Source of the DNA: Felis catus
Lineage: Eukaryota
DNA length: 64,000 bases
NCBI RefSeq assembly: GCF_018350175.1
Contig: NC_058383.1
Coordinates: 4,464,001 to 4,528,000, forward strand
Direction: 5' to 3'
Positions 26,301 to 40,530 of this stretch are shown in pieces (within the stretch, counting starts at the first letter, position 1; the number at the start of each line of letters is the position of its first letter). The notes below the pieces were generated by a model. The model was not told where the DNA came from. It did no database searches and was given only the letters and a program-made list of their open reading frames with translations. The translations under genes were made by a program, and so were the position numbers.

Positions 26301-27211
26301 CTGCGGGCCGTCAGAGACACTCGTGAGACGCCCCGCGCGGAAGCAGACGGGCAGCTATGGGCCACGGTCCCCCATCCCCAAACACGTTCTGAGGTAAAAA
26401 GCAACCTTCAGACGCCATCAAACAATGATGAATTGTTCTTTCCTCCCTAAGTCTAGCCCGAGATGCTAATACAAATAGTAATCTATAACCGGAGACAGGG
26501 AGAACCGTCATGGGTTTTTATTCTTTGGAGGCATCCTTTGTACAAAGTTACCGTATCAGGAATCCCATGTTGCCAGTAGAGCGAGCACACCTATTCTCCG
26601 ACGCTGACATGATTACACGAGTCAGGGGAAAGTGGCATGAAGGACATTATTGCGAAAAGCTTCAAAAAGTAGGTTTTGCTCTCTTGTAAGAAGGCAGGAG
26701 TGTGAGGGGCTGCATCTGAGCCCCAGCTCTATGTGCAGCGGCCCCTGAAACTAGCTAGTGCAGCAACCTCCGGCACCGTGAGGACCGTGAACTTGCTCCT
26801 CTCGCTAATGGTAGAGATCGAGCCAGTCACCAGTCCATTCCCTCCGTGCTAGAAAAGGCCGCTACGTGAGGACAGCAGAGAGCGTACAAGTCACCTGGTA
26901 CTCAGGTCAGACATGGCGCTTTCTTCTAACCCTTTGGCACCAGAACTAAATTTGCCTCTAAGAGCCTAACGGATTCCAGGCAATGTTTTTCAAGACGAAC
27001 AATTCTGTCATTCTCTCTGCTTCAATTCTGACCCAGTCTGAGATCAAGAGTGCCAACCATGGTTCAAGTACCTGACTGCAAGTTGGTTGAACCACAAAGT
27101 CAGTACATCAACAGGTTATACAGGAACCAAAATCTGCCACCGGGAAATGTCGTAAAGAAAACAGGTCACGTAAATACCCAGAAAAAATGAATTCGTGGGA
27201 TTTCAAACTAC

Positions 27212-27262
27212 CTTTTGATACTGTTCTTCATTCATCTGCAGGGCGAGCAGAAAGTCTTCATG
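27212..27262 (-). CDS. RNF216: RNF216 exon 10 (51 nt): HEDFLLALQMNEEQYQK
   Basis: Acceptor ttttttgttccccAG, donor GTAGTT. Phase 0/0. Confidence 0.95.
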
Positions 27263-28488
27263 CTGGGGAACAAAAAATAATACGTGCAGATACAATTTAG
27301 GAAAGATGCCACAAGCATTTAGCATTTACTTTCATAAACACAAAAGGACTCAATTATGAAAAATCATCTCTTCGCTTACACGGTGTAGTGGTTTAAAAAG
27401 TTACCTCAGAGTAAATTTAAAATGCACCAGAAAGCTAAATATAAAAAAGGAAACCGAACAAATACTGGAAAATATGGGGGAAGCTTTCTTACATCGGATT
27501 CAAAATGTGGAAGGAATGAGGGAAAATCCGTGTACATAACACTTCTGAACAGCAAAGACTAGCGCAAGCAAACAGTAATGTGAACGGGCCACAACCTAGT
27601 CTGACCGGGTGTTTTGTCGGCATGGCTGGAGCGACGCAGGCACTCCGCTCACGTGACCGCGACGGGCACACCTAGCACCACAGGACTAAGTTACGTGAGC
27701 AATTACCCTTTGACTCATCACCTGCACTTCCAGGAACGTATCCCCAAGACGCTCTGGGGCAGAAAGAGGAAATGAGGTACACGTGGGGGTTTTTACCACG
27801 GAAACACCTTGAACGTCCACCAAGAGGAATCACCGAATCAACACGGGTAATGCAGAAAACTGCACACCAGGCGGTTTTAAAAAGGAAAGGAGAATCTCTG
27901 GCTTGCCTAAGAGTGACCAGCAGGGTGCACTATTAAGTTTAAAGGCAAGGGGCAGAAAAGTGGGCTGCCTTCCAGGTAAGAGAGCAAGAACAACAGAAAA
28001 CAACCTCCTCCCAATAGATCTGCTTTTACATAAAATAAGGACAGACAGACTAAAAACTATTAATAATGGTTACATATAGAGGGACTCAGGGGTCATGGGA
28101 AGAAGGGATAGGACAGAAGGTAGGTCTCTCTGTTCCTTGTTTTACAGTTTTGACTTCAGAACTAAAAATATTTTATAAAATCAAATAAAAGCAAATAAAA
28201 AACCAACTCCTTACAACTTACAAACTTGTTTATCATTTATCATATCAAAACCCCGCTGTTTATCAAGTTAATGGCATAACCACATAGACTTATTTCAAGT
28301 GACTTTGTAATATTTTGATTTCATATTTTTAATGACATAATCAGACAAAAAATTATAAATAAATCTCAGACTATATTTAGTGCCGTTGTTGGCAATTAAT
28401 ATTGAGCTGGTTATTTCAGAAACGTTAAGTATATAGTATAGAGTGAAGAAAATAAGTCATTATAAAATTATTAAAAATCAAGAGTTTT

Positions 28489-28587
28489 GGGGCACGGAGC
28501 CTGCTTGGGATTCTCTCTCTCCCTCTCTCTGCCCCTCCCCAACTCATATGCTTGCACTCTCTCAAAATAAATAAACTTAAAAAAAAA
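28489..28587 (+). mobile_element. CanSINE 3' fragment
   Basis: ggagcctgcttgggattctctctc...aaaataaataaacttaaaaa. Confidence 0.85.
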
Positions 28588-28809
28588 AGAATCAAGATTT
28601 TTAGCAAAGAAATGCAAACAGAAAGTGGAGTAAAAAAAAAAAAAACCCTATAAACTAAATTCGAAACCGAAATCTCAGTATGAATTCCCACTAAAATAAA
28701 ACAAGGTATGTTAGACAAACTGGTGATCCCAGGTCCAGGTCAGGCAAAGCAGGGTGAACCTGGGTCACCCTGTGTGCCAGAAAGGAGGGATGCTGTCAAG
28801 AATGACCGA

Positions 28810-28912
28810 GGCCAGGACAGAGACACTGACCCGAAGGGCGGGGGGGGTGGGGGGAGAGGGAGACGGAGAGGGAGTGGGGGGGGGGAGGGAGGGAGAGGGA
28901 GAGGGAGAGGGG

Positions 28913-28977
<65 letters not shown>

Positions 28978-29096
28978 TCAAGCAGGCTCCGCAGTCAGCA
29001 CAGAGCCTGACATGCGGCTCGATCCCCAGACCATGAGATCATGACCTATACCGAAATCAAGTGCTGGACGCCCGACTAAGCCACCCAGGGGTCCCC
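28810..29096 (-). mobile_element. CanSINE with an expanded G-rich and (GA)n tract
   Basis: (GA)n at about 28915-28974 preceded by G runs; SINE body follows. Confidence 0.88.
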
Positions 29097-29099
29097 TTT

Positions 29100-30010
29100 T
29101 AACACTGTTCTGACGAGAAATTGATGGCTGCCATGCTTTGATGCTGTACCATGAAATGTGCCAGCATCTGCAAGACCCACGGAATGCATGAAATTAGTGC
29201 TTTACGTGACAAAACCATCATGTGTGGAAGATCCATTAAAGCACAAGGTGCACTAACAGGTGTTAATGTGACAGATGACAGGTAACTGTGACAGATGGAT
29301 CAAAAATTCTAATTTCTGCTTGAGGACTAGAATTTTATCACTGGCCACAATCACTTCATTTTTGAGATAATACCTGCCCCGTCCCTACTCCTGAATAAGA
29401 AGTTTTTCTGTCAGCATTTTTTCAAATAAAAAGAGTGTTTTGTGGGGGAAGAGGGACTGATTGGGCATCTTGCAACTCGAAGGCACCAGCACCTCTTGAG
29501 ACCCCACTGACCGGTCAGTGTGCGGCAGAGGCACCGTGCCAACTTCCCGGTGGGTCACACAGAGCATCAAGAGGTAACGTGATCAAAGAAGTAAATCTTA
29601 CTCTTTCATCAAAGGCATTTTAATAAAAAAAAAATTATTTTATTATTCACTTAAAAGAAGGCTCCAAGCCCAGCGCTGAGCCCAACACGAGGCTTGAACT
29701 TACAACCCTGAGATCGAGTCAGATGCTTAACTGAATGAGCCACCCGGGTGCCCCTCAAAGGCACGTTGAGAAACACTGAGTTCTTTTGTAATGTGAGTGC
29801 CTAGTGGTGCAGAAAGTGGTTACTAGCACGGTCTGGTGCCACCGACTTGGTTTATGCTGAGCCAGCGCTGCTACTGTTCTGTCAGTACGAAGTCAACGGA
29901 ACGAAACAGGCAAAGGATGTCTCGTGAGGGTGAAAGATCTGACCTTGCAGACCTCCTGAAGAGTCCTGGGGGGCCCAGAGGTTCACGCGCTGGATCTGAG
30001 AGCCACCGAT
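29100..30010. mobile_element. hAT-Charlie (Charlie1-like) DNA transposon fragments
   Basis: gatccattaaagcacaagg...ttaatgtgacag resembles Charlie1 internal sequence from memory; terminal-like tgagagccaccg. Confidence 0.45.
29635..29754 (-). mobile_element. Short CanSINE
   Basis: Reverse head gagccacccgggtgcccc; TSD-like tcaaaggca. Confidence 0.83.
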
Positions 30011-30333
30011 GCAGAAAATACAGAGCAAAAAACCCCCGATACATAAATATTCTGGTTGGCTTGCACACTTGACAGTTTACTCGAAGACCTGAAATGCTAA
30101 ATGGTACCTCTCTCTGGTTGTTCTCCATCATTAGAGGCCAAGAGAGGTGAAATAGGTATGTTTATCAAGCTCCAATTAAAATTCTTTCACATAAATCTGA
30201 TCTGTAAGTGGTGAACTTTACTCAGTATTATTACAAAACCCAGTTGTTTTTTTAAAGCTTTATAGTTTATGCAAACCAACTGTTTGAAAGAATATGCAAA
30301 TCTTAAAAGACTTTTTTTAAACATTTTTAAGTA

Positions 30334-30455
30334 GGGGCGCCTGGATGGCTCAGTTGGTTCAGTGTCTGACTCTTGATTTTGACTCAGATCATGGTCCCAA
30401 GGTCATGGGATTGAGCCCTGTGTCAGGCTCCATGCTGAGCGTGGAGCTTGTTTGG

Positions 30456-30510
<55 letters not shown>

Positions 30511-30568
30511 ACTGCCCTTCTCCCTAGCTCACACTCTCTCCTGAACAAATAAAAACAACAAAAAAAAG
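30334..30568 (+). mobile_element. CanSINE with (TC)n expansion at about 30459-30508
   Basis: GGGGCGCCTGGATGGCTCAG head; long TC run. Confidence 0.9.
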
Positions 30569-30569
30569 A

Positions 30570-30656
30570 TTTTTAAGTCTGCATACCACAATGTGGGGCT
30601 TGAACTCATGAGATCAAGAGTCGCATGCTCTTCCCACTGAGCCAGCCAGGCACCCC
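30570..30656 (-). mobile_element. Short CanSINE
   Basis: gagatcaagagtcgcatgctc...gagccagccaggcacccc. Confidence 0.8.
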
Positions 30657-30677
30657 TTAAAGGACCATTCTATACTA

Positions 30678-30896
<219 letters not shown>

Positions 30897-31699
30897 TCAT
30901 GCAGACAACTGTTGCTAGGAACACAGGGCGGCCATCCCAGTCTTCTGGGGCCCAGTCCCCCCCCCCCCCCCCACCCTCAGGCAGTGTGTTTGTGACTCTC
31001 GAGAACACATTCTATCGTCTGGGAAAACTTGGCCCCTTACCGTTCCCTAACGTATCATGCACTTTTTGACTTCCATGTTTTCTTCCCCCTTGTTATGCTC
31101 CAACTGGAAGGGCCCTCCTGTCGTAGCAGTATTGCACCGTGCAAATATACCAGTTTATTAGCCATTCTACCAAGGGCAGTTGGGTGTATAGTTTTGGGTT
31201 GTTAGGAACACGTCTGCACTTCAGCTGAGCACACGTGACGGAGTGGACGTGCTGGATCATAGAGCTGCATGTCTGCAGCTTCAGAAAACAGCACCAATTT
31301 TCCAAACAGTGGTGCCAAGCAAGGTACACTCTCCCTCCTCCGGCAATGCGTGCGAGCTCCAGTCACACCACGTCCTCACCACCTGTGCCATCGGCCTGTA
31401 ATTTTAGCCATTCTGGCAGGTGCCCAGGCATCTGATCAACGCTTTTTGAACTTTTTACTTTGAACACCTTCCTACAGAACAGCTCAAATAGTAGTACCTA
31501 CATTCACGGTAAGCAACATTTAGAATAAAAAACAACAGAATGACAGATGTCAGACCATGTAACTGATCTGTTCAGGTTTTTTACTTTTGTGGATTTCAGA
31601 ACTTACATTTTCCAGAAAACTGTCTATTCCACCCAAACCTTCTATTCTTTCACTAAAGTCTCTTCTTCATAGTATCTTTTGCTTTATCAATATTTTCTA

Positions 31700-33060
31700 C
31701 ATCAGGTTCCTGATACCTCTCCCCCACTTCATTCTTTTTAACAATTAAATTAACTATTCCAGTACCTTGCCTTTCCCTGTAAATTTTAGGGTAAGGTTGC
31801 CTGTAGCCACCAGAAAGTCTTGCTGGGATTTTGACAGGAATTACATTAAGCTTGTATATCAATTTGGGGAGGATTTACGTCTTTCCTATGTGGAGTCTTC
31901 CTGTCCATGAACACAATACACGTCTCCATTGACTTCTTTCTCCTCTGATTTCTTTCTTCAGTGTTCTGTAGTTTTTGTCACACAGGTCTTGTAAGTGTTT
32001 TGTTAGATTTACACCTAAATATTTAATTTGGAGGTGTGGGGGAATAATTATAAATAGCATTGTATTTTAAACTTTGATTTCCACATACTCATTCTGGCAT
32101 ACAATTGGTTTTTGTCGGTTGACCTCGTACCCTGCAATGATACTGAACTTATTCAATAATTCTAGTAGTATCCTTGGAGTTTCCTATGTAGACAATCACG
32201 TTATCTGCTTATAGGGGCAGTTTATTTCTTCCTTTCTGATCTGTGCGTTTATTTTACTCCACTAGCTATAATTTCCAGTACATGCTGAATAGCAGTAAAT
32301 AGAAGACATCCTTCCCCTGTTCCCAATTTTAGGGGGCAAGGATTCACCATTAAACAGGACATTAGCTTTAGGTTTTCTTGCAGATGTTACCAAGTTGAAG
32401 AAGCTCCTCTCAAATTCCTTTCTGAGTTTTAATCACACGCAGGTGTGAAATATTATTAAACACCTTTTCTGCACCAATTAATATGATGTAATTTTTCTTC
32501 TTTAGTCTGTTGATATGGTGGATTATATGGATTGTTTTCCAAAATATTAAACCAGCCTTGCACCCCTGGAATATACTCGACTTGGTCACGGCACACAATT
32601 TTTTTGTGTATCGCTATGTCCTATTTGCTAATATTTTATTAGCGATTTTTGCATGTCTATTTACAGATATTGGTCTAGTTTTTGTACTGTCTTTGTCTGC
32701 TTTTGTTATTAGAAGATACTGTATAGAATTAATGTTCATTCTTCTAAAAAAGTTTGGAAGAATTTTCTAGTGGATTCAACTGAGGCTGGAGATTTCTTTT
32801 TTGGAAGACATGGAAAACAGTGGATTTAGTTTCCTTAATAGCTATAGGGCTATCCAAATGATCTATCTGAACATGGGTAAGTCTTGGTAGTCTGTGTTTT
32901 TTGAGGAACTGGTCCATTTCACTTGTAAAATCTTTGTGTGCAAAGCTGTTCACAGTATTCACTTTGGCTATCTGTAGGGTTTACAGCGATATCCTCCATA
33001 AAAGGTGCTAACTCCTAATATTGGCAATTTGTGTCTTATTTTCTCGGTCAGCTTTGCAAG
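31700..33060 (-). mobile_element. L1 ORF2 fragment (decayed)
   Basis: Relic peptides IKYLGVNLTKHLQDLCDKNYRTLKKEI, IYKLNVIPVKIP, IIHHINRLKKKNYII and EMDQFLKKHRLPRLT. Confidence 0.9.
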
Positions 33061-34565
33061 AGATGATAGGTTGTATTTTTTATTAATGCTCAGTTTACAT
33101 CCAAATGCTCCCAAAATCTTCATGAGAAGACTGTGTAGTTATCAACGGATCAAACCATAAACAGTGGAGGGGGAATCCTGTCTCCTCTTTGAGCCAAGCA
33201 AGGTACAACCCAAATAGCAGTGCTTGGATGGCAAACGGCTGAAAAGGTGGACGATGAGATTCCTGGAACAGATAGAGGACTCTGAGACTATCTGTACTTA
33301 TAAGCTGCTATGAAGAAAGGTTAAATGTATCTGTAAGTCATAAATATCAATGCTGTGTGTTGTCTCCACGCAGCAGACTCACGTGGAGTATGTCCACCCA
33401 GACTTTCAAAGAGCTTCTGACAAGCAGAGGAGACACACAGAGAAGGGCAGTCAGGAAGATGAAGCAGCAACAGACAGATTCCAAGTCTTCTCAGAGACAA
33501 GAACTATACCCATGGCAGGAAATTTCGGGAACATTTTGACCGGATATAAAAGAACTCCGTAAAAGATACAGCTGACCAACAAGGGAGTGGACCATCTTGC
33601 AAAGTGGCACTTTCTTTCCTCTACCACTCAAAGTTAGAAACCAATACGGAATGACTATGTACTTGGGATGCCTAGTCTAAACCGTGGATAAACTTAGCTG
33701 AACGAAGAACCACCTACACGCTGTCCCCACTTTCTTAGCCTTTGGCAAACATGTGAGAACATCATGGCAGGAGAGCAATGTACCACAGACTAGCTTGGGG
33801 ACCTCACAACTCAGAGTCTATGGGTTTCCTCAAGAGCTCAGAAACCCAAACCCTTTCCAACTCCCCGGTTGCCTCCCAGAGTTTCCATTTAGTCACACCT
33901 GCAATCAAGTTACGTTAACTATGTGCAGATTTGAGAGAAAGACAAATAGAAAACAAAAGGGAAATAATCCTATTTCTGACATAACCTACAGGAAAATTTT
34001 ATGGCGGGCTCTTTTATTGGACACAAACGACTCGGATCACATCTGATGTAAAATCCAACAAGTTTACTTGGATCAGATCTGATGTAAAGTCCAACCCGAA
34101 GTGACCCCTCTGGAAGAGCTTTCAGAAATTATTTCATCAACAACAGAATGTCCAACAAACAAGTGGCTGTTCAGGAGCTGTGTGCTTTTCCCGTGCAGAA
34201 GCCACTTTCTCGGGCACACGGATAATCAATCTCTGGTCTAGATAATTTCACCAGAGATAAAGTGAATTCTTGTCACACCTTCAAGACCGGCCCCACCCCC
34301 CAAGTTTGAGAGTGTCCCCAAACACTTTCTCACACGTGAACTCTGACACTGCACAGAATGTTCTGGTCATGGTGTTCCCTAGGCAGAAAGAAGGTGGGCG
34401 GCAACCACAGCCACTTTCTAAACACATGGATGTGCTCTCAAAGCAGTCCATGCAGTCGGTCCCTGGGCTGGCCCGGCAGGGCGGCCACGCCACGACTGGC
34501 CTTTACGGGCTGTGTGGGAAGGAGACGGTCTGCACAGTCACTACACGGGCTGTGAGCAAAACTCA

Positions 34566-34694
<129 letters not shown>

Positions 34695-35399
34695 CTAGAA
34701 ATTGAGAAAGGGAAAGGTTACCGCTGTAAATGGGACACAAGAATACACGAAAGCAAGCCAGGCAGTCCCAAACCTCCTCTGACACACAGTTTCAGCTATC
34801 TCCCCTGCATGGCTTACCAGAAACGGGCCGGAGCAAAACGAATAGGGAGCATTTCATTATTTTCTCTTCTTTCACAAACTGCCACAAGGGCAGAAGCAAA
34901 GGCTAACTGACAAAGGGCGACATAAGGAAACACCAACTGTTCAAGCTGTCCTCGACTGCGTCCAGGGTAGGTCACCTAACAGGTGGCTGACGAGTTCCAC
35001 TCTACAGGCATACCCTAAATGGTCTACCTCTGGCCAACACTCCCCATCCACTTTCCACGAACATCCCCATGTTGCTCGCGGCTTCCCCTGAGTCCTCTCC
35101 CCGTACAGCACACTGCAAGGCGCGAGTCTTAGGCCAGCAGTAATAATCCCTTTTCTTCCATACCCTCAGCTTCTCTCTTTTTCATATCTTTCAAATCGAT
35201 ACTTCAATGTGTTCGAGCCTTTGCCATCTTAAAAAAAAAATCCTTCCTCCCCTTGCCTCTTTCCCCTTTCAGGTACCAGCCACCACACCCCAGCCCAAAC
35301 CTGTCAAAGGTGCCATCTGTCCACTGTTTCCTCACCTCACCTCCTGGACGTCTTCCAACCCCTTCCCATCGGGCACCGAAGGCCATCTTTCAACTAGCT

Positions 35400-36130
35400 T
35401 ACCTACTTGGTAACAGGAGGCAAACTCTAGACCCCGTATTTTAGTCCCCGTGTCACCAGGCCTCTCAGCAGCACGGATGACGCAGACTGCTCTTCCCTCC
35501 CGGGGTCCCGCGCCCTCTCTGCCCACTCCTCCTCGCCATCCTCCTCCACTTGGCCTCTACATGCAGGGAGGCCTCCAGGCAGCCTCAGCTCTCTTCCTGT
35601 GCCTACTTCATCCAGGCCGGGGAGGTCACCCTGCATGTGCTGATGACGCCCACCAACCCACTTCCTTTGGCCATTCAAGCATCCAGATGAATTCTTTGTA
35701 CTTGTAGGCCTCACAGACCTCACTCAACATGCTGGCAACCCAACACTTTCCAGATGGAATTCATGATCCTTTCCCTTCCACTTAGCTCTTTTACAGTATT
35801 CCTCATCCCAGGGAGGGACATCCCCCCAAATCCCTCTCACTGAACTCCTACTTCTAGAACATTCAAAGTTTGTGCTTAATATCTCTTGCTCAGGGAGGTC
35901 CTCCCGGAGCCTCTTGGTCCACCTTAGGTCCTCCTGTTACACTTTTTCCGAGCACCTTACATTTTTCTTTTGAAATGCTGCTAACGGTAATTACACACTT
36001 ATTTGTCTGATTCTGCTTCCTGTTATTCCCTCTACGGACTATGGGCATCTGGGGGACAAGGATGGCTACCGAGCCCAGGCTGTATCTGCAGCTACCTGCA
36101 GAGTTTGCATTTCATACTCATTTGGTGAAC
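35400..36130 (+). mobile_element. L2 relic
   Basis: cagacctcactcaacatg...ggaattcatgatcttt-like L2 motifs in pyrimidine-rich sequence. Confidence 0.5.
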
Positions 36131-36862
36131 AGTAAAAGGTTCAGGGATGTGTACGTGTTACAGGAATGTTGCTAAAAAGTCACATTCTGAATGTCTGAGG
36201 GGAGCAGCTAGGTTGGCCCTCCGGTAAAGTGAAAGCAAGAGAAAACGAGCATTCCAGCTCCAATAGAGGGAGCGTCACCCTTTCACCTTCACCTACCTTC
36301 CGTCCCTTCCTTTTCAAAATCTGAGGTCTGGGAACCTGAAGGGAATGGCCGTGCGCCTCCGCACTGCTGTGAGCTAAGCCCTTTGTGCGGCATGGATACG
36401 GCTCATCTCACAGCACCCCCGAGGGAGGTGTTCTTTCACAGCAGAGGCAAGCGAGGCTTACGGACGAAGGACCTGCGCCCAGTCAAGTTGACTAACACTG
36501 GGGTATGAACTCAGGCCAGTTGCACGACTAAACCTCCTTCCTCTCTTTGACACTGCCTGGTCCTCCCAGAGCGGTTCAAGGAGACCCACCAAGAGCCGGC
36601 CAACAGCACAGCTAATCTTACTGCCTTTCCATCTCCCCGACCAACGTCCTCCCTTACTCTGTTTCCTCTTTTCGGAGTTCTGACTATCTGAGGTGTTCCC
36701 CACCAACACTTAAAGTCACAAGTTTGTGTGGCAAGACCACTAATTCCTACCAAGTTTTACCTAGAAGTAAATGCTCCATACTTGAACCAGGGCTATCTGC
36801 AAAAACCCAGGAAAAAAGGCAGGGCAGGCACAATAATCTGAATATTATAAAGGAGGTGATCA

Positions 36863-37080
36863 GGGGCGCCTGGGTGGCTCAGTCGGTTAAGCCGCCGACT
36901 TCGGCTCAGGTCATGATCTCGCGGTCCGAGTTCGAGCCCCGCGTCGGGCTCTGTGCTGACAGCTCAGAGCCTGGAGCCTGTTTCAGATTCTGTGTCTGAC
37001 CCTCCCCCGTTCATGCTCTGTTTCTCTCTGTCTCAAAAATAAATAAACGTTAAAAAAAAATTAAAAAATTAAAAAAAAAA
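36863..37080 (+). mobile_element. Young SINEC_Fc
   Basis: Consensus head, CpGs intact; TSD aaaggaggtgatca. Confidence 0.95.
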
Positions 37081-37244
37081 GGAGGTGATCAAAGGGTAGA
37101 TGCCATTTGTCAGCAACTAATGAAACCGGAATGTGAACTAAGAGCTTGTAACTGGCAGCCCGCTGGGTTTGCAACTGCACCACCCTCCTGTCTAGAAGTG
37201 AAATAGGATCACTACCTTTCTCCCATTTAAATACTATTTCTACT

Positions 37245-37446
37245 GGGGCGCCTGGGTGGCTCAGTCGGTTAAGCGTCCGACTTCAGCTCAGGTCACGATC
37301 TCGCGGTCCGTGAGTTCGAGCCCCGCGTCGGGCTCTGTGCTGACTGCTCAGAGCCTGGAGCCTGTTTCAGATTGTGTCTCCCTCTCTCTCTGACCCTCCC
37401 CCGTTCATGCTCTGTCTCTCTCTGTCTCAAAAATAAATAAGCGTTA
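37245..37446 (+). mobile_element. Young SINEC_Fc
   Basis: Consensus head; TSD aaatactatttctact. Confidence 0.95.
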
Positions 37447-39899
37447 AATACTATTTCTACTTAGCAGGAAAAGAATCCAAACTGGTTCTTGTCAGGAAAC
37501 TGTATCTTAAAACAAATTAAGGAGCCTCCGAAATCTTACCTCAGTAGTTATATCAATCAACACTTGTCTTAGTATTAACTAAACGTCTAGTGAAACAGAC
37601 CAAATAAAATTATAAATCAGAATCCTTTCCTTATAGGAACTGCTAGAGTTCACAGCTACATACCCAAAGGCACCGTGGTTACTTTTTCTTGCCTCTGCAC
37701 TCAAGATTCCTCTAGTGAAAACACCCTTCCCTTAAGATCTTGTTCAAATGACGCCCTCATTTCTTTCCTAGTGTTCTTGTGTACCTTTACTCACTCTTTT
37801 ATAACACCACGTTGTTTTAATCTTTTTTCCCCTTTTAATCTTCTCAAATAGACTGAAAGCTCTCTGGAAGGAAGTTAATTTGTGTTCTACAGAAGCCACT
37901 GTCCTCAGGGTCTAGGTGCTAACTATCACACAGGAAGTACTCAAAAAACCTACCAGGAGGAACACAGGAATACGAGATATTGAAGATCACTTTTCCTTTT
38001 ACACTTAGCTGGCATTTCTCCCTCCAGCCTGCTCACATTCACAAATCAAATCCCCACTCAAGGTATTGGTCCTGAGAATCAAGGATACAATCTGGTAAGG
38101 ATACAAGATTCTTAGGATATCTTGACAATAGCCAAAATTCCTTTAAGAGAGGACCTAAAAATACTACAATGGGCATCTGATGAAATAAAAGTTGAGAAGT
38201 GGCCAGAGACTCCTCTATGGAGGCTGGCGGAGGTCAGGTCTAGAAATGGGGACGTGTCGCCTGCATGGAGACAGAGGTGATCATTAAAGTACACAGGGGA
38301 GACATCTAGGAAGGCTGGGGAGTGGCGACACCCAGAATGAGCACATGGCAGAGGACTGAAGGGCTGATTAAAAGACGACACCACCCACTAGTATTTTAAG
38401 CTCCACAGGGGAAAGGATCTTGCAACTGTTCACTGTGACACTCCTAGTGAATGGTCCGTAGCAAGCACTCAACACGCTGTCTGAATGAAAGAGTTACATC
38501 TGTGGCAGAATCACAGAGGAAAAACTTGGAGGAGAAACCCAGTGGTACTATCGGCCACGTGTGAGTGTGTACACCAAGAGAAAGTTGTCAGGTCTAGAAC
38601 ACAGAGGATCAACCTCTGTCCAAAGGCAAAGGGAACGCCTAAGCTGACAGCTATGTTAAGAGGTGCAGAGGAGGAGAGGGAAAAAAATGAACTGAGGACT
38701 AATGGATAGGTTTGACAATAGAAGCGTGTTTTAGAGTTGTTGGCCATGAAAAGACAGCCACAGGATCAAAAAATAAAGCAACAACAAAAAAAGCAAATGA
38801 AAAAAACAGAGGCAACCAATTTTAACCCCAAGAAAAATAGAAAACTCAATAAAGGAAACATTATTGTAGTATATTATCTTCCCTAGCAGTGAACATTTAC
38901 ATAAATCATAACAAAAACTTTAAAAACAGATTTAACAAAATCACGTATCAAAAAGGTGAGTGTGTATGGGTAAGACGTAGATCCCCATCTACTATAAGAG
39001 AAAACTAAAATAATTATTGAAACTAATAACTCAAGCATAAGTATGTGTTAATAAATGTGGAGATAAGTACTAGAAAGAAGACAGAGAGAGAGTCGAGTTG
39101 TCTCTGGAGAACAGAGGAAGAAGGTGAAGAAGGGGGCTTCAGACCGCGGTTTAAAGAATTACCCACCCCCCCCCCCAAAAAAAATTACAAATAAGCATTT
39201 TGGCACAAATTGATTTTTAAAACTATGGCTGAAAATTCCTTTGATAAGAATTAGCATTCATTTTACTAAGCAGTTCCTGCCGTGAGTTTTAAGGATGACC
39301 TGTTCCCTCTAGTCTAGAAGTTACTTATTTTTGAAAGCACCTTTGTCCCTACAGAGGGTAACAGCCGGAAGAAACATTACTGCAGCTGCACTGTGGTGTG
39401 CAAGAAACCTACCCACAGGATACGTCCATAAAAAGAGTTGAGCTAAAATATATCTGACCACACACGCACTGGGGATGAGTCTTCCTGAGCCCTTGGCCTC
39501 CACAGCACAGGCTGGGAACAAAGCAGAGTAGGCCCTCGGGTCCTAGGCCCCTCCAGGGGGAGCTCAGTGCTGTGAACTTAAGGAGGCCAAATCACAGAAG
39601 GCTCTTGTGCTCTTGTAATAGTACTCTGAGAACGGACTCTTAAAATCACACTGTGAGGCAGTTACCAAGTAATTTCTAAATACAGAGGCTTGACAAGTGT
39701 CCCACAGCACACAGAAGGAAGTGTGGAGGGTGGGAACTTCTTACTGAAACCTGATAACATGCGAACCACTGTGACGGGCTCGCTGCACACTGTACCCAAC
39801 CTGATTCTCCCATTAGCCACGTAAGGCATCCACTGTTCACCAAGAAAACTGAAGTTCCACACGTTCAAGACATTTGCTCAAAATCAGAGACCTACCTGG

Positions 39900-40530
39900 T
39901 AGAACTGGAATTAAAACTCAAGGGGTGGGGGAATCAAACCTAAGTTTGATCAAGATTCTAGATCCAACTAGAATCGGTCGGATATGTTAGAACCGGTTAA
40001 TGATGCCACAGCATACAGTCAGCAAAATCTACATGGTCAAAACCTACAGGATAAATAACCTATTTTTTTCAACAAATGAGCAGCAAGTAAAAGTAAAGGG
40101 GGAGGAAGGAGAGAGAAGTTATAGATTGAAAGAGATTTAAGTAACCTATCAACCAGCTGCAATAAACAGATTTTACATGGAACTCAAAACAACTGAAGGT
40201 TTTTGACACATCCAGAGAAATTTGAACAATGACTGGATACCTAATAATGTTAATTTTTAAGGTGTGATAATGATATTTTGATTGTGTTTTTCAAAAAAGA
40301 GTCTTTATCTTTTAAAGGTAAACACTGAAATAGTTCTGGATTTAAAGAAAGTGAAACTTTCCTTGGAATTTGCTTCATAACAGTCTGGGAGAGAGGGAGT
40401 GGGCAGGGTGGGATGAAACAAGACTGGGCGGCACTGACAGTTACTGAAGTGGAGTGATGGGTAAGCATGGGCTCGTTAAAATACAATCGCTAATATTATA
40501 CGTGTTTGATGTTCATAATAAAAGGGGAAA
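39900..40530 (+). mobile_element. Old L1 (L1MC-like) 3' fragment
   Basis: tatagattgaaagagatttaag...ggtgtgataatgatatt...cataataaaa pattern. Confidence 0.55.

Noticed and set aside
26187..26450. Plus-strand ORF overlapping exon 11; likewise 53014..53310 over exon 4
   Set aside because: Antisense shadows of GC-rich coding exons.
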